DNA of 64,000 nt, from assembly GCA_965199715.1 (NCBI GenBank), contig OZ241322.1:1792001-1856000 (forward strand), in the 5' to 3' direction. Position 1 is the first letter of the stretch; each line of letters opens with the position of its first letter. Origin of the DNA: Vicinamibacteria bacterium. Lineage in GTDB: Bacteria; Acidobacteriota; Vicinamibacteria; Marinacidobacterales; Marinacidobacteraceae. Positions 9,526 through 25,311 of the stretch are shown piece by piece. A model generated the notes under the pieces. It saw only the letters and a list, made by a program, of their open reading frames with translations, had not been told where the DNA came from and ran no database searches. The position numbers and the translations under genes were made by a program.

Positions 9526-10301
9526 CCGACGCGGAGACGAGCTGGGTCTTCGGGCCGGCGCGGGTCGAGGAAATCCTGCAGGGCAGTTCGAGCCAGGTCC
9601 GCCGCCTGCTCGTCCGGACCGGGCGGCTGGAGCGGCGCCACGAGGTCCTGCTGAAGATCGCCCGCGCCCGCGGCGTCCCGGTGGCGCGGGTTCCGAACGA
9701 GCGGCTGGGGCGGCTCGCGGGCGCGGTCCGGCACCAGGGCGCGGGTTGCGAGGTCTCGCCGATCCGCTGGCGGACGCTGCGCGACGTGCTGGATCTCGAC
9801 CCCGCCCCCACGCTGCTTCTGGTGCTGGACCGCATCGAGGATCCGCGGAACTTCGGCGCGCTGGTGCGCGTGGCCGACGGAGCGGGCGTGGACGCCGTGC
9901 TCGCGCCGCGCCGGGGGGCCGCGCCTCCGTCCCCGGCGGCGATCTCCGCGTCGGCCGGCGCGATCGCCCGGATGCGGCTCGCCCGCGCCCCGGGGACCGC
10001 GATGGCGCTTCGGGCCTTCCGCGCCGCCGGGATCTGGACCGTGGGGCTGACCCCCAAGGCCGCCACCCCGTGGCACGCCTTCGACTGGACCCAGCGGGCG
10101 GCGCTCGTGGTCGGTTCCGAGGGGCGGGGGCAGCGCCCGGGGGTGACCGCCGAGTGCGATACGCTGCTCTCGCTGCCGCAGTTGGGCGCTGCGCGTTCGC
10201 TGAACGTGTCCGTCGCCGCCGGGATCGTCCTCTACGAGGCTCTTCGCCAGCGCTCGGCGGTTTCCGGATCGCACTTGACAGCGAAAGCCCCGTTGGCTTA
10301 A
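9522..10301 (+). CDS. rlmB: 23S rRNA 2'-O-methyltransferase (SPOUT/TrmH family)
   Basis: HQG, LDRIEDPRNFGALVR, GSEGRG, SLNVSVAAG. Confidence 0.9.
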   Translation: MTDAETSWVFGPARVEEILQGSSSQVRRLLVRTGRLERRHEVLLKIARARGVPVARVPNERLGRLAGAVRHQGAGCEVSPIRWRTLRDVLDLDPAPTLLLVLDRIEDPRNFGALVRVADGAGVDAVLAPRRGAAPPSPAAISASAGAIARMRLARAPGTAMALRAFRAAGIWTVGLTPKAATPWHAFDWTQRAALVVGSEGRGQRPGVTAECDTLLSLPQLGAARSLNVSVAAGIVLYEALRQRSAVSGSHLTAKAPLA

Positions 10302-10304
10302 GAT
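10275..10304 (+). promoter_or_regulatory. Sigma70 promoter for the tRNA/tuf cluster
   Basis: TTGACA (10275-10280), 18 nt spacer, TAAGAT (10299-10304), 20 nt before tRNA-Thr. Confidence 0.75.
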
Positions 10305-10324
10305 CACGCGTTCGCCGGTGGCAT

Positions 10325-10398
10325 GCTGGCGTAGCTCAGGCAGGCAGAGCAACTGATTTGTAATCAGTCGGTCAAGGGTTCGAATCCCTTCGCCAGCT
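10325..10398 (+). tRNA. tRNA-Thr(TGT)
   Basis: GCTGGCG/CGCCAGC; ACTGA-TTTGTAA-TCAGT; TTCGAAT. Confidence 0.95.
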
Positions 10399-10470
10399 CC
10401 GATCGGTTGCGGTCGGTTCTGGTTGCGAGGAGCTGCTTCTGACTGTGGGCGAAGGGCGGGGCCCGGCAGG

Positions 10471-10556
10471 GGAGCGGTAGCGAAGCGGCCAAACGCATCA
10501 GGCTGTAAACCTGACGGCTCATGCCTTCGGAGGTTCGAATCCTCCCCGCTCCACCA
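10471..10556 (+). tRNA. tRNA-Tyr(GTA)
   Basis: GGAGCGG/CCGCTCC; TCAGG-CTGTAAA-CCTGA; long variable arm; CCA encoded. Confidence 0.96.
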
Positions 10557-10683
10557 GCCGAAACCGCTTCCCTCCAACAGCCAGCCGCATCCCGAGCACA
10601 CTTCCCGCGCCGCCCGAAAGTCCCCAGAAAGCTCCCGAACAGCCATGACGCCGAATCCTCAGCCCGCTCCGAAGCCGCCGGCT

Positions 10684-10759
10684 GCGGGAGTAGCTCAATT
10701 GGTAGAGCATCAGCCTTCCAAGCTGGTGGTTGCGGGTTCAAGTCCCGTCTCCCGCTCCA
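10684..10759 (+). tRNA. tRNA-Gly(TCC)
   Basis: GCGGGAG/CTCCCGC; anticodon loop CTTCCAA; CCA encoded. Confidence 0.96.
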
Positions 10760-10789
10760 GTCTTCGCGTCCGGCCCCGCCGGGACGCGC

Positions 10790-10864
<75 letters not shown>

Positions 10865-10925
10865 CCCTGCTTCCCCTCCCCACCCGTGGGGAACCGATTT
10901 CCTGATTCGCAAGGAGAGATCCCAA

Positions 10926-12113
10926 TTGGCGAAAGAGAAGTTTGAGCGCACCAAGCCCCACGTGAACGTGGGGACCATTGGTCACGTGGATCACGGCAAG
11001 ACAACCCTTACCGCGGCCATCACCAAGGTCCTCGCCGCCCAGGTCGGCGGTTCGTTCCGCAGTTTCGACTCGATTGACAACGCTCCGGAAGAGCGCGAGC
11101 GCGGAATCACCATCGCCACGGCCCACGTCGAGTACGAGACCGGCGCCCGTCACTACGCGCACGTGGACTGCCCGGGTCACGCCGACTACATCAAGAACAT
11201 GATCACCGGCGCGGCGCAGATGGACGGCGCGGTGCTCCTGATCTCTGCGCCCGACGGTCCCCAGGCGCAGACCCGCGAGCACATCCTGCTGGCGCGGCAG
11301 GTGGGCGTTCCCCGCATCGTCGTCTTCCTCAACAAGGTGGACATGCTGGACGACGAGGAGCTCCTCGAGCTCGTCGAACTGGAGGTCCGGGAGCTGCTCT
11401 CCGAGTACGACTTCCCCGGCGACGACATTCCGGTCATCCGCGGAAGCGCGCTGGCGGCGCTGCAGTCCGACGGCGGCGAGGCGTGGGAGCCCATCAAGGA
11501 GCTCGCGGCGGCGCTCGACGAGTACGTGCCGATCCCGAAGCGGGCGATCGAGAAGGACTACCTCATGCCGATCGAGGACGTGTTCTCGATCTCCGGGCGC
11601 GGCACCGTGGTGACCGGCCGGATCGAGCGCGGGGTCGTGAAGGTGGGCGACGAGATCGAGGTCGTCGGGATCCGCGAGACGCGCAAGCGCATCGTGACCG
11701 GGGTCGAGATGTTCAAGAAGCTGCTCGACCGCGGCGAGGCCGGCGACAACGTCGGCGTGCTGCTGCGCGGCACCGACCGGCGCGAGGTGGAGCGCGGCAT
11801 GGTGCTCGCCAAGCCGGCGTCCATCACGCCCCACACCAAGTTCCGCGCCGAGGTGTACGTGCTCTCGGGCAAGGAAGGCGGGCGCGAGAAGCCGTTCCGC
11901 AGCGGCTACCGCCCGCAGTTCTATTTCCGCACGACCGACGTGACCGGCACCGCGACGCTCCAGGGCGACCAGGAGATCGCGATCCCCGGCGACAACGTGC
12001 AGCTCGAGGTGGACCTGATCACCCCCATCGCCATGGACCGGGGCCTGCGCTTCGCCATCCGCGAGGGCGGCCGGACCGTGGCCTCCGGGATGATCAGCGA
12101 GGTGGTCGCGTAA
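10926..12113 (+). CDS. tuf: Elongation factor Tu
   Basis: [32 protein letters not shown]. Confidence 0.98.
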   Translation: MAKEKFERTKPHVNVGTIGHVDHGKTTLTAAITKVLAAQVGGSFRSFDSIDNAPEERERGITIATAHVEYETGARHYAHVDCPGHADYIKNMITGAAQMDGAVLLISAPDGPQAQTREHILLARQVGVPRIVVFLNKVDMLDDEELLELVELEVRELLSEYDFPGDDIPVIRGSALAALQSDGGEAWEPIKELAAALDEYVPIPKRAIEKDYLMPIEDVFSISGRGTVVTGRIERGVVKVGDEIEVVGIRETRKRIVTGVEMFKKLLDRGEAGDNVGVLLRGTDRREVERGMVLAKPASITPHTKFRAEVYVLSGKEGGREKPFRSGYRPQFYFRTTDVTGTATLQGDQEIAIPGDNVQLEVDLITPIAMDRGLRFAIREGGRTVASGMISEVVA

Positions 12114-12182
12114 CCGCGAACGGATCGAGGCGACGCGTGAATCAGGACCGGACCGCCCGGTGGGGAAGCGAGGGTTGCGCCC

Positions 12183-12347
12183 ATGGCTCGTGACAAGAAA
12201 CGAGTGATCGTCGCGCTCGCGTGCACCGCCTGCAAGCGCCGCACGTACTCCACGACCAAGAACAAGTCCACGCATCCGGAGCGCATGGAGCTCAGCAAGT
12301 ACTGCCGCTTCTGCCGGGGGCACCACCCGCACCGGGAGTCCAAGTGA
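12183..12347 (+). CDS. rpmG: 50S ribosomal protein bL33 (Zn-binding form; absent from ORF track)
   Basis: Manual translation [54 protein letters not shown]. Confidence 0.95.
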   Translation: MARDKKRVIVALACTACKRRTYSTTKNKSTHPERMELSKYCRFCRGHHPHRESK

Positions 12348-12383
12348 ACCTCGTGCGCGGCGCGTTCGTACCTGCGGGCGGGA

Positions 12384-12459
12384 AGGCCAGTAGCTCAATC
12401 GGCAGAGCACCGGTCTCCAAAACCGGGGGTTGGGGGTTCGATCCCCTCCTGGCCTGCCA
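12384..12459 (+). tRNA. tRNA-Trp(CCA)
   Basis: AGGCCAG/CTGGCCT; CCGGT-CTCCAAA-ACCGG; CCA encoded; precedes secE. Confidence 0.96.
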
Positions 12460-12495
12460 CCCGCCGGCGCGCCGGCGCGGGACCGGAGGGGCGCG

Positions 12496-12711
12496 ATGGC
12501 GAGCCTGAGCGAGCGCGTCGCGGGTGTCCGGGAATTCCTCGGCGAGGTGCGCGGCGAGATGGAGAAGGTGACGTGGCCCACCCGCGTCGAGGTGCGGGGC
12601 ACGACCATCATCGTGCTCATCACCGTCTTCTTCTTCGGCTTCTACCTCTACGGCCTCGACGTGGTGATGTCCTACATCTCCGCGTTCGTGACCGACCTGA
12701 TCAGCGGGTGA
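12496..12711 (+). CDS. secE: Preprotein translocase subunit SecE
   Basis: FL.EV..EM.KVTWP motif and one TM helix. Confidence 0.93.
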   Translation: MASLSERVAGVREFLGEVRGEMEKVTWPTRVEVRGTTIIVLITVFFFGFYLYGLDVVMSYISAFVTDLISG

Positions 12712-12716
12712 GCGTC

Positions 12717-13244
12717 ATGGCGCATGAGTGGTTCATCGTCTCGACCCATTCCAAGTTCGAGGAGAACGTCAAGGAGACGCTTCGCCACCGGGCCAAGGCC
12801 TACGGTCTCGAGCGCAAGATCGGCGAGATCCTCATCCCCACCGAGAAGGTCGTGGAGATGAAGGGCGGGCGCCGGGTGGTCCAGACCCGTCAGGTGTACC
12901 CCGGCTACGTCCTCGTGAACATGGAGCTGAATCCGGAAACCTGGCAGGTCGTCAAGAACACCGACAAGGTCATGGGCTTCGTGCCTCCGCACCGGCCGCA
13001 GCCGATGCCGGAGGAGGACGTGGAGCGCATCCGGGAGCAGATGCAGGACGCGGGTCATTCCCCCAAGGTCCGGCACTCCTTCCAGCCGGGCGATTCGGTG
13101 CGGATCATCGACGGCCCCTTCAACGGGTTCCAGGGAATCGTGGACGAAGTCCAGCCCGAACGCAGCACGCTGAAGGTCATGGTGACCATCTTCGGACGCT
13201 CGACTCCGGTCGAACTCGAGTTTCTTCAGGTCGAGAAGACCTGA
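12717..13244 (+). CDS. nusG: Transcription elongation factor NusG
   Basis: [19 protein letters not shown] motif [21 protein letters not shown]. Confidence 0.96.
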   Translation: MAHEWFIVSTHSKFEENVKETLRHRAKAYGLERKIGEILIPTEKVVEMKGGRRVVQTRQVYPGYVLVNMELNPETWQVVKNTDKVMGFVPPHRPQPMPEEDVERIREQMQDAGHSPKVRHSFQPGDSVRIIDGPFNGFQGIVDEVQPERSTLKVMVTIFGRSTPVELEFLQVEKT

Positions 13245-13256
13245 CGGCGGAGCGCA

Positions 13257-13691
13257 ATGGCCAAGAAGACGAAACCGATTCTCGCCGAGGTGAAGCTCCA
13301 GCTCGCCGGCGGCCAGGCGACTCCGTCCCCGCCGGTCGGCCCCGCGCTCGGCCAGCACGGCGTGGCGATCATGGACTTCTGCAAGGCGTTCAACGCGAAG
13401 ACGCAGAACGACCCGGGAATGATCCTGCCGTGCGTCGTCACGGTGTACAAGGACCGCTCGTTCACCTTCATAATCAAGACGCCGCCCGCCGCGGTGCTGC
13501 TGAAGAAGTTCGCCCAGGTCGCCAAGGGCTCCGGCGAGCCCAACCGGATGCGGGTGGGCCAGGTGACGGCGGCGCAGGTCGAGGAGATCGCCCGCATCAA
13601 GATGCCCGACCTGAACGCGGTGGACATCGAGGCCGCCCGTCGCATCGTCGAGGGAACCGCCCGCAGCATGGGCATCGAAGTCGAGGCGTAA
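13257..13691 (+). CDS. rplK: 50S ribosomal protein uL11
   Basis: [29 protein letters not shown]. Confidence 0.97.
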   Translation: MAKKTKPILAEVKLQLAGGQATPSPPVGPALGQHGVAIMDFCKAFNAKTQNDPGMILPCVVTVYKDRSFTFIIKTPPAAVLLKKFAQVAKGSGEPNRMRVGQVTAAQVEEIARIKMPDLNAVDIEAARRIVEGTARSMGIEVEA

Positions 13692-13701
13692 GGGGAACGC
13701 A

Positions 13702-14400
13702 ATGGCCAAAGCGGGAAGCAAGTACGTGGCGGCGAAGGGCGAGCTGCACGAGTCCAGCCCCCAGAGCCTCGAGGAGGCGTTCGGCGCGATCCGGAAGGTC
13801 TCGTGGGTGAAGTTCGACGAGACCGCCGAGATCGCCATGCGGCTCGGCGTGGATCCGCGGCACGCGGACCAGATGGTCCGCGGCGCCGTCGTGCTGCCCC
13901 ACGGTCTCGGCATCGCGCGGCGGGTGATGGTCATTGCGTCCGGCGAGAAGGTGCGCGAGGCGGAGGAGGCGGGCGCGGAGCTCGCCGGCGGCGAGGACCT
14001 GGTCAAGCGCGTCCAGGAGGGCTTTCTCGACTTCGAGGCCGTGGTGGCCACACCCGACATGATGCGGCTGGTGGGCCGGCTCGGGCGCATCCTCGGTCCG
14101 AGGGGCCTCATGCCCAACCCGAAGTCGGGAACCGTGACCTTCGACGTGGCGAACGTGGTGCGTGAGATCAAGGCCGGAAAAGTCAACTTCCGGGTGGACA
14201 AGACCTCGAACCTGCACGCCCCGGTCGGCAAGTTGTCGTTCTCCGACGAGCGGCTCGCCGAGAACACCCGCGCCTTCGTCGCGGCGGTGCTGCGGGCGCG
14301 CCCGGCTGCCGCGAAGGGCCGTTACATCCGCAATGTCGCGATCAGTTCGTCGATGGGCCCCGGGCTTCGGCTGGCCCCCGCCATGGTGGGAGCGAAGTAG
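13702..14400 (+). CDS. rplA: 50S ribosomal protein uL1
   Basis: KFDET, LGVDPRHADQMVRG, LGPRGLMPNPK. Confidence 0.97.
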   Translation: MAKAGSKYVAAKGELHESSPQSLEEAFGAIRKVSWVKFDETAEIAMRLGVDPRHADQMVRGAVVLPHGLGIARRVMVIASGEKVREAEEAGAELAGGEDLVKRVQEGFLDFEAVVATPDMMRLVGRLGRILGPRGLMPNPKSGTVTFDVANVVREIKAGKVNFRVDKTSNLHAPVGKLSFSDERLAENTRAFVAAVLRARPAAAKGRYIRNVAISSSMGPGLRLAPAMVGAK

Positions 14401-14402
14401 GC

Positions 14403-14936
14403 ATGCAGCGTCAGGAAAAACAGATCGCCGCGGCGCAGCTCGCGCGCGAGCTGCGCGAGGGGAGCGCGGTGTTCACGTTCGACTACCGCGGCCTGACCGT
14501 CGATGAGGTGAACGACGTGCGCCGGCGCGTGCGCGAGTCCGGAGGGGTCTATCGGGTGGTGAAGAACTCCACCGCTCGCTGGGCGCTCAAGGACGTCGGC
14601 ATCTCCGGGCTGGACGAGCACCTCTCCGGGATGACCGGCTTCGCGTGGAGCCCCGAGGATCCGATTTCCCTCGCCAAGGCGCTCCACGAGAGCGCGAAGG
14701 AGTACGAGGCGTTCCGCTTCAAGGCGGGCGTCGTCAGCGACGCGCCGATCGGTCCGGACGAATTCGAGCGGTTCGCCGCGCTGCCGGGACAGGACGCGCT
14801 GCGCGCCATGGTCGTCGGCACGATCGCGGTCCCGCTCCGCAACTTGATGAACGTCCTGGAGGGCGTTCCCCGAAAGCTCGTCCTCGTGCTGAAGGCGGCC
14901 GAACAGCAAAGGGCCGCAGGAGGAGAAGACGCCTGA
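14403..14936 (+). CDS. rplJ: 50S ribosomal protein uL10
   Basis: DYRGLTV, VVKN, position between rplA and rplL. Confidence 0.93.
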   Translation: MQRQEKQIAAAQLARELREGSAVFTFDYRGLTVDEVNDVRRRVRESGGVYRVVKNSTARWALKDVGISGLDEHLSGMTGFAWSPEDPISLAKALHESAKEYEAFRFKAGVVSDAPIGPDEFERFAALPGQDALRAMVVGTIAVPLRNLMNVLEGVPRKLVLVLKAAEQQRAAGGEDA

Positions 14937-15018
14937 GTCCCGGCGCGTCCCGCGCCGTCGGCTCGTCTCTCCGAAGTTTCCCTTTCCAAGAACCCCCAAG
15001 TAAGGAGTCTCCGTCCCA

Positions 15019-15399
15019 ATGTCCATCACGCATCAGGATGTGGTTGAGCACATCAAGGGCCTGACGGTGCTTGAGCTCTCCGAGCTGGTCAAGACCCTCG
15101 AGCAGGAACTCGGCGTCAGCGCCGCGGCGGCGACGCCGGTCGCGGCCGCCGGCGGCGACGCCGGAGGCGCGGCCCCCGCCGAGGAACAGACCGAGTTCGA
15201 CGTGATTCTGGTCGAGACCGGCCCCAAGCGGGTTCAGGTCATCAAGGCCGTCCGCGAGGTCACGAGCCTCGGCCTGCGCGAGGCCAAGGGTCTCGTCGAA
15301 GAGGCGCCGAAGCCGGTGAAGGAGGCGATTTCGATGGAAGAGGCCAAGGAAATCGCCGCCAAGTTCGAGGAGGTGGGGGCCAAGGTCGAGATCAAGTAG
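15019..15399 (+). CDS. rplL: 50S ribosomal protein bL12
   Basis: [36 protein letters not shown]. Confidence 0.97.
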   Translation: MSITHQDVVEHIKGLTVLELSELVKTLEQELGVSAAAATPVAAAGGDAGGAAPAEEQTEFDVILVETGPKRVQVIKAVREVTSLGLREAKGLVEEAPKPVKEAISMEEAKEIAAKFEEVGAKVEIK

Positions 15400-15458
15400 G
15401 CCGCAGTACCCACTTGGCTGCGTTCCATTCCCGATCCGACGAGGTCTCCCCATCTTCC

Positions 15459-15500
15459 GGCGCCCGCGCGTCCGCCAACCGGCGGAGCGCGGCGCGCCTT
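15459..15500 (+). terminator. Strong hairpin between rplL and rpoB (possible attenuator or processing site)
   Basis: GGCGC-CCGCGC-g-TCCGCC/AACC/GGCGGA-GCGCGG-c-GCGCC; only TT follows, so the U-tract is weak. Confidence 0.4.
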
Positions 15501-15560
15501 GTCACCCGAAGCGCTTCCGCGCCGGTTCTCCGGCGCGGCGCCCCTCGGCGGTAGCTCCCC

Positions 15561-19772
<4,212 letters not shown>

Positions 19773-19785
19773 AGGAGTCCGAAAC

Positions 19786-22700
19786 ATGATCAACCAGTCC
19801 ATGAGTCGCGACAACCCCGGCGTCTTCCCGGAGCTCGAGGAGAAGGAGGCGTTCAGCTCCGATTTCGACGCGATCAAGATCTCGATCGCCTCTCCGGAAC
19901 GGATCCGGGGCTGGTCGCACGGCGAGGTGACCAAGGCGGAGACGATCAACTACCGCACCCAGAAACCCGAGCGCGGCGGCCTGTTCTGCTCGCAGATCTT
20001 CGGGCCGATCACCGACTGGGAGTGCCTGTGCGGCAAGTACAAGCGCATGAAGCACCGGGGCGTGATCTGCGACAAGTGCGGCGTCGAGGTCACGCAGGCG
20101 TCGGTGCGGCGGAGCCGGCTCGGGCACATCGAGCTGGCCTGCCCGGTGTCCCACGTCTGGTTCTTCAAGGTGCCGCCCAGCCGGATCGGGCAGGTGCTGG
20201 ACCTGACCCCCCGCGAGCTGGAGCGGGTGCTCTATTACGAGTCGTTCATCACGCTCGAACCGGGCGACGTGGACCTCGCGACGCTCCAGGAGGCGGACCA
20301 CGTCTTCCTGCGCGAGGAAGTCGAGCTGCTCCAGTCACTGTTCGCGTTCAAGGTCGTCGCCGGCGAGGACGAGACGTTTTCGCTTGGCGCGATCCGGGTG
20401 GGGACGCTGCGGGTGGGACAGGTGGTCACCGAGGAGCAGGACCGGCTGCTGAAGAAGCTGTTCGGCCGCACCGACCACGAGTATCGGGAGAAGCGCCGCC
20501 GTCCGGGCAGGACGCACCGGGTCGGGATGGGCGCCGGAGCGGTGAAGGAGCTGCTGCGCGCCGCGAACCTCGAGACGCTCGCAAGGGAGCTGCGGGTCGC
20601 GATGCGCGAGGAGCGCTCGATCCAGAAGCGCGCCAAGGCGGCGAAGCGGCTCAAGGTCGTGGACGCCTTCCGCCGCTCGGGGAACCTGCCCGAGTGGATG
20701 ATCATGGACGTGATCCCGGTGCTGCCGCCGGATCTGCGCCCGCTCGTCCAGCTTGACGGCGGACGCTACGCGACGAGCGATCTGAACGAGCTCTACCGCA
20801 AGGTCATCAACCGGAACAACCGGCTGAAGCGCCTGCTGGAGCTGCGGGCGCCCGACGTGATCGTGCGCAACGAGCAGCGGATGCTGCAAGAAGCCGTGGA
20901 CGCGCTCTTCGACAACGGGCGGCGCGGCCGCGTCATCAAGGGTGCGAACAGCCGGCCGCTGAAGTCGCTGTCGGACACGCTCAAGGGCAAGCAGGGGCGG
21001 TTCCGCCAGAACCTGCTCGGCAAGCGGGTGGACTACTCGGGCCGGTCGGTGATCGTGGTCGGGCCGGAGCTGAAGCTGCACCAGTGCGGTCTGCCCAAGA
21101 AAATGGCGCTGGAGCTGTTCAAGCCGTTCCTGTTCAACCGGCTGGAGCACGAGGGCCTCGCGGCCACGATCAAGCAGGCGCGCGAGCTGGTGGAGGAGCA
21201 GCGCCCCGAGGTCTGGGATTACCTCGAGGAGATCATCCGCGACCACTCGGTGCTGCTGAACCGGGCGCCGACGCTGCATCGGCTCGGCATCCAGGCGTTC
21301 GAGCCGGTGCTGGTGGAGGGGAAGGCGATCCGGATCCACCCGCTGGTGTGCAGCGCGTTCAACGCGGACTTCGACGGCGACCAGATGGCGGTGCACGTGC
21401 CGCTGTCGCCGGAGGCGCAGGTGGAGGCGTCGCTGCTGATGCGGTCGTCGAGGAACATCCTCTCGCCGGCGCACGGCGGGCCGCTCGCGGTGCCGACCCA
21501 GGACATGGTGCTCGGCACGTACTACCTGACGAAGCCGCAGGTGGCGCCGCCGGAGGAGATGAAGGCCTTCGGTTCGATGGACGAGGTGCTGTTCGCGTGG
21601 GAGAGCGGGTCGGTGGAGTCGCTGGCCCCGATCGCGCTGCGCTACACTGGCGAGGTCCTCGACACCCACGACCGGCAGGACGTGAACCGGATCGAGCCGC
21701 GCAAGGTGGAGGGCGAGCGCATCCACACGACGGTGGGGCGGGTGATTCTCAACTCGCGGCTGCCTTCGGACATGCCGTTCGTGAACGGGGTGCTGAAGAA
21801 GCGCGGCATCCAGAACCTGGTGCGGTACATCTACTTGCGGTTCGGGCTGGAGAAGACCGGCGAGATTCTCGACGAGTTCAAGGACGTCGGGTTCGAGTAC
21901 GCGACGCGCAGCGGCACGTCGATCGGCCTTGGGGACCTCGTGGTTCCGAGCCACAAGGCGACGCTCGTGGACGCGGCGAAGGAAGAGGTCGGCCGGGTGG
22001 ACGAGCAGTACCGCGAGGGGGCGATCACCGAGGGCGAGCGCTACAACAAGGTCATCGACGTGTGGTCGAACGCCACGAACGGGGTGGCCGAGGACATGCT
22101 GCGGACGATGGAGGAGCGCGAGCAGGAGACCGGGCGGTTCAACCCGGTGTTCATGATGGTGGACTCGGGAGCGCGGGGAAGCGAGAAGCAGATCCGCCAG
22201 CTCGCGGGGATGCGCGGGCTGATGGCCAAGACCACCGGGGAGATCATCGAGACGCCGATCACGAGCAACTTCCGCGAGGGGCTGAGCGTCATCCAGTACT
22301 TCATCTCCACGAACGGGGCCCGCAAGGGCCTCGCGGACACGGCGCTGCGGACGGCGGACGCGGGGTACCTCACCCGGCGGCTCGCGGACGTGGCGCAGGA
22401 CGTGATCGTGACCGAGAAGGACTGCAACACGCTGCGGGGGATCTACGCGGAGCCGATCGTCGAGGCGGGCGAGGTCATCGAGCCGCTCGGGGACCGGCTG
22501 GTGGGGCGGGTCAGCCTCGAGCCGGTGAAGGACTTCCGCGGCGACGTGATCGTGGACGCGGGCGAGGAGATCTCGGAGGACACGGCGAGCGTGATCGAGG
22601 CGTCGGGAGTGACGCGGGTGAAGATCCGGTCGGTGCTCACCTGCGAGACGGCGCGGGGCGTGTGCGCGATGTGCTACGGGCGCAACCTCGCGACGGGGCG

Positions 22701-24126
22701 GCTCGTGGATCTGGGCGAGGCGGTGGGGATCATCGCCGCCCAGTCCATCGGCGAGCCGGGCACGCAGCTCACGATGCGCACGTTCCACATCGGCGGCACG
22801 GCGAGCGTGTTCGAGAACTCGGCGGTCGAGGCGCGCCACGCCGGAACGCTCGGGTTCTCGTCCGACCTCCGCACGGTGACGGACCGCCACGGGAACCTCG
22901 TGGTCATCAACCGGGCCGGCGCGGTGGAGATCCGCGGCGAGGACAGCCGGCCGGTGGAGAACCACCCGGTCGTGTACGGCGCCCGGATCAAGGCGGGCTC
23001 CGGCGACAAGGTCGAGGCCGGCCAGACGATCGTCGAGTGGGATCCGTACAGCTTCTCGATCCTGAGCGAGCAGGGCGGGACGGTCCGGTTCGCGGACATC
23101 ATCCCGGACATCACCATGGTCCAGGAGGTGGACAGCGTCACCTTCCGCTCGCAGGCGGTCATCATCGAGTCGCAGGACGACTCGCGGGAGCCGCGGATCG
23201 GGATCATCGACCCCGCGACCGGCGAGGAGCAGCGCAGCTACCTGATGCCGTCACGGGCGCACCTCGAGGTGAGCGAGGGCGACGTGGTCCGGCCGGGCGA
23301 CGTGCTGGCCAAGATCCCGCGGGAGACGACCAAGACCAAGGACATCACCGGCGGCCTGCCGCGGGTGGTGGAGCTGTTCGAGGCGCGTCCGCCGCGGTCC
23401 CCGGCGCTCATCAGCGAGATCGACGGGCGGCTCGAGTACGGCGACCTGCGCAAGGGCAAGCGGGTGATCCGGGTGACGTCGTCGGTCACGGACGACGTGC
23501 GCGAGTACGAGGTGCCGCGCGGAGTGCACATCAGCGTCCGCGAGGGCGAGGACGTGCGCGCCGGCGATCCGCTCATGGACGGGCCGCGCAACCCGCACGA
23601 CATCCTCCGAGTGCTCGGCGAGGGCGAGCTGCAGCGGTACCTGGTGCATGAGGTCCAGGAGGTGTACCGCCTCCAGGGCGTGGTGATCGACGACAAGCAC
23701 ATCGAGGTCATCATCAGCCGGATGATGCGCTGGGTGAGGGTCACGGACGTCGGGGACACGGACCTGATCGTGGACTCGGTGATCGAGCGCCACGAGTTCC
23801 GTCAGGCGAACTGGAAGGCGGGGCAGGAGGGAGGCAGCCCGGCGGAGGGCGAGCCGATGCTCCTCGGGCTGACCAAGGCGTCGCTCGCGACCGACAGCTT
23901 CATCTCCGGGGCGTCGTTCCAGGAGACCACGAAGGTGCTCACCGACGCCGCGCTGAACGGCAAGGTCGATCACCTCCGGGGGCTCAAGGAGAACGTCATC
24001 ATGGGCCGGCTGATCCCGGCGGGATCGGGCCTGACGCAGCACCGCCGGTTCGTCCTCCCCGAGGAGGTCGAGGCGCAGCGCCGGATGCACCGCGAGACGA
24101 TCCACGACCCGGAGGCGGTCCCCTAG
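19786..24126 (+). CDS. rpoC: RNA polymerase beta' subunit
   Basis: Zn finger [33 protein letters not shown]. Confidence 0.99.
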   Translation: MINQSMSRDNPGVFPELEEKEAFSSDFDAIKISIASPERIRGWSHGEVTKAETINYRTQKPERGGLFCSQIFGPITDWECLCGKYKRMKHRGVICDKCGVEVTQASVRRSRLGHIELACPVSHVWFFKVPPSRIGQVLDLTPRELERVLYYESFITLEPGDVDLATLQEADHVFLREEVELLQSLFAFKVVAGEDETFSLGAIRVGTLRVGQVVTEEQDRLLKKLFGRTDHEYREKRRRPGRTHRVGMGAGAVKELLRAANLETLARELRVAMREERSIQKRAKAAKRLKVVDAFRRSGNLPEWMIMDVIPVLPPDLRPLVQLDGGRYATSDLNELYRKVINRNNRLKRLLELRAPDVIVRNEQRMLQEAVDALFDNGRRGRVIKGANSRPLKSLSDTLKGKQGRFRQNLLGKRVDYSGRSVIVVGPELKLHQCGLPKKMALELFKPFLFNRLEHEGLAATIKQARELVEEQRPEVWDYLEEIIRDHSVLLNRAPTLHRLGIQAFEPVLVEGKAIRIHPLVCSAFNADFDGDQMAVHVPLSPEAQVEASLLMRSSRNILSPAHGGPLAVPTQDMVLGTYYLTKPQVAPPEEMKAFGSMDEVLFAWESGSVESLAPIALRYTGEVLDTHDRQDVNRIEPRKVEGERIHTTVGRVILNSRLPSDMPFVNGVLKKRGIQNLVRYIYLRFGLEKTGEILDEFKDVGFEYATRSGTSIGLGDLVVPSHKATLVDAAKEEVGRVDEQYREGAITEGERYNKVIDVWSNATNGVAEDMLRTMEEREQETGRFNPVFMMVDSGARGSEKQIRQLAGMRGLMAKTTGEIIETPITSNFREGLSVIQYFISTNGARKGLADTALRTADAGYLTRRLADVAQDVIVTEKDCNTLRGIYAEPIVEAGEVIEPLGDRLVGRVSLEPVKDFRGDVIVDAGEEISEDTASVIEASGVTRVKIRSVLTCETARGVCAMCYGRNLATGRLVDLGEAVGIIAAQSIGEPGTQLTMRTFHIGGTASVFENSAVEARHAGTLGFSSDLRTVTDRHGNLVVINRAGAVEIRGEDSRPVENHPVVYGARIKAGSGDKVEAGQTIVEWDPYSFSILSEQGGTVRFADIIPDITMVQEVDSVTFRSQAVIIESQDDSREPRIGIIDPATGEEQRSYLMPSRAHLEVSEGDVVRPGDVLAKIPRETTKTKDITGGLPRVVELFEARPPRSPALISEIDGRLEYGDLRKGKRVIRVTSSVTDDVREYEVPRGVHISVREGEDVRAGDPLMDGPRNPHDILRVLGEGELQRYLVHEVQEVYRLQGVVIDDKHIEVIISRMMRWVRVTDVGDTDLIVDSVIERHEFRQANWKAGQEGGSPAEGEPMLLGLTKASLATDSFISGASFQETTKVLTDAALNGKVDHLRGLKENVIMGRLIPAGSGLTQHRRFVLPEEVEAQRRMHRETIHDPEAVP

Positions 24127-25301
24127 GCGCGCACCTCCCGCAGCGCCCGGAAGAACGCCTCGTGGTCGGGCGACCGGCCGACCGAGATCCGCAGGAACGT
24201 CGGCAGGCCCCAGCCGCCGCCGTCCTGGACGTAGATCCCGCGCCGGAACAGCGCCCACGCGGTCGGCAGCGCTTCCTCCCCGAGGTCGGTCATCAGGAAG
24301 GGCGCCCGGTGCGGCCACGACGGGAATCCCATCGCCGAGAGGCCGGAGCGCAGCTCGGCGAGTCCGTCGTCCACGGCTCGGACGTAGGCGGCCACGTGCT
24401 CCCGGTCGTCGAGCGCCGGCCCGCAGGCGACCGCCGCCGCCGAGTTGAGGCCGAAGTCGCCCCACCAGACGCTGGCGGCCTTCTCGAACATGGGGCCTGA
24501 CCCCACGACGTACCCGAGCCGGAGCCCGGCCATCCCGTACGCCTTCGAGAACGTGCGCGCCACGATCACCGGGCCGTCGGCGAGCGCCAGCGGGATCGCG
24601 TCCTCGCCGTCGGGCAGGAACTCCGCGTAGGCCTCGTCCACGATCAGGATCCCGTCGTCGGGGACTCCGTGGGCGAGCGCCGCGATCTCGTCGCGCGAGA
24701 CCGGCGCGCCGGTGGGGTTGTTGGGGTTCGCCAGATAGACGATGCGCGTGTCGGGCCGGATCGCGGCCCCCATCGCGCCCATGTCCAGCCGCCCCTCCGG
24801 ACCCATCGGCACCCGGATCACGTCGGCCCCGATGGACTCTGCGACCCCGCCGCACCAGCCGTAGGTGATTTCGGGAAGGACGAGGCTGGTCGTCGCCGGC
24901 TTCAGGAGCCCCCACGGCAGGAACTGGAGGAACTCGGTGGAGCCGCAGCCGGGAAGCACGTGCACGCGAGTCGTCCCGTGGTGGTCGGCGATCCGGTCGC
25001 GGATCGCTTCGGGGTAGTTGTACTGGTGTGCGCCGCCGAGGCCGTCCGCCGCGATCGCGGCGAGCGCCTTCGGCGAGGGGCCGAGCGGGTTCTCGTTGAA
25101 CCCGATCCGGATCGCGTCGTCGGCGAAGCCGCCTTCGGGCCAGACCGGCAGCGGCCCCGGCCCGTCCTGCGCGCTCGCGGTCCGGGACAGCGCCCGGGTC
25201 GCGGCGGCCGCCGCCACGGCGGCGAGGAAGGCGCGCCGGCTCGGGGCGAGGCCGGCGGGGTAGCACTCGAATCCGAGCGGGCGGGAGAAGGGGGAGAGCA
25301 T
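24123..25301 (-). CDS. HisC-family PLP aminotransferase with Tat signal peptide
   Basis: SRRAFL plus hydrophobic stretch and ASA site; [31 protein letters not shown]. Confidence 0.85.
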   Translation of the reverse strand: MLSPFSRPLGFECYPAGLAPSRRAFLAAVAAAAATRALSRTASAQDGPGPLPVWPEGGFADDAIRIGFNENPLGPSPKALAAIAADGLGGAHQYNYPEAIRDRIADHHGTTRVHVLPGCGSTEFLQFLPWGLLKPATTSLVLPEITYGWCGGVAESIGADVIRVPMGPEGRLDMGAMGAAIRPDTRIVYLANPNNPTGAPVSRDEIAALAHGVPDDGILIVDEAYAEFLPDGEDAIPLALADGPVIVARTFSKAYGMAGLRLGYVVGSGPMFEKAASVWWGDFGLNSAAAVACGPALDDREHVAAYVRAVDDGLAELRSGLSAMGFPSWPHRAPFLMTDLGEEALPTAWALFRRGIYVQDGGGWGLPTFLRISVGRSPDHEAFFRALREVRA

Positions 25302-25311
25302 GGAGGCGTCC

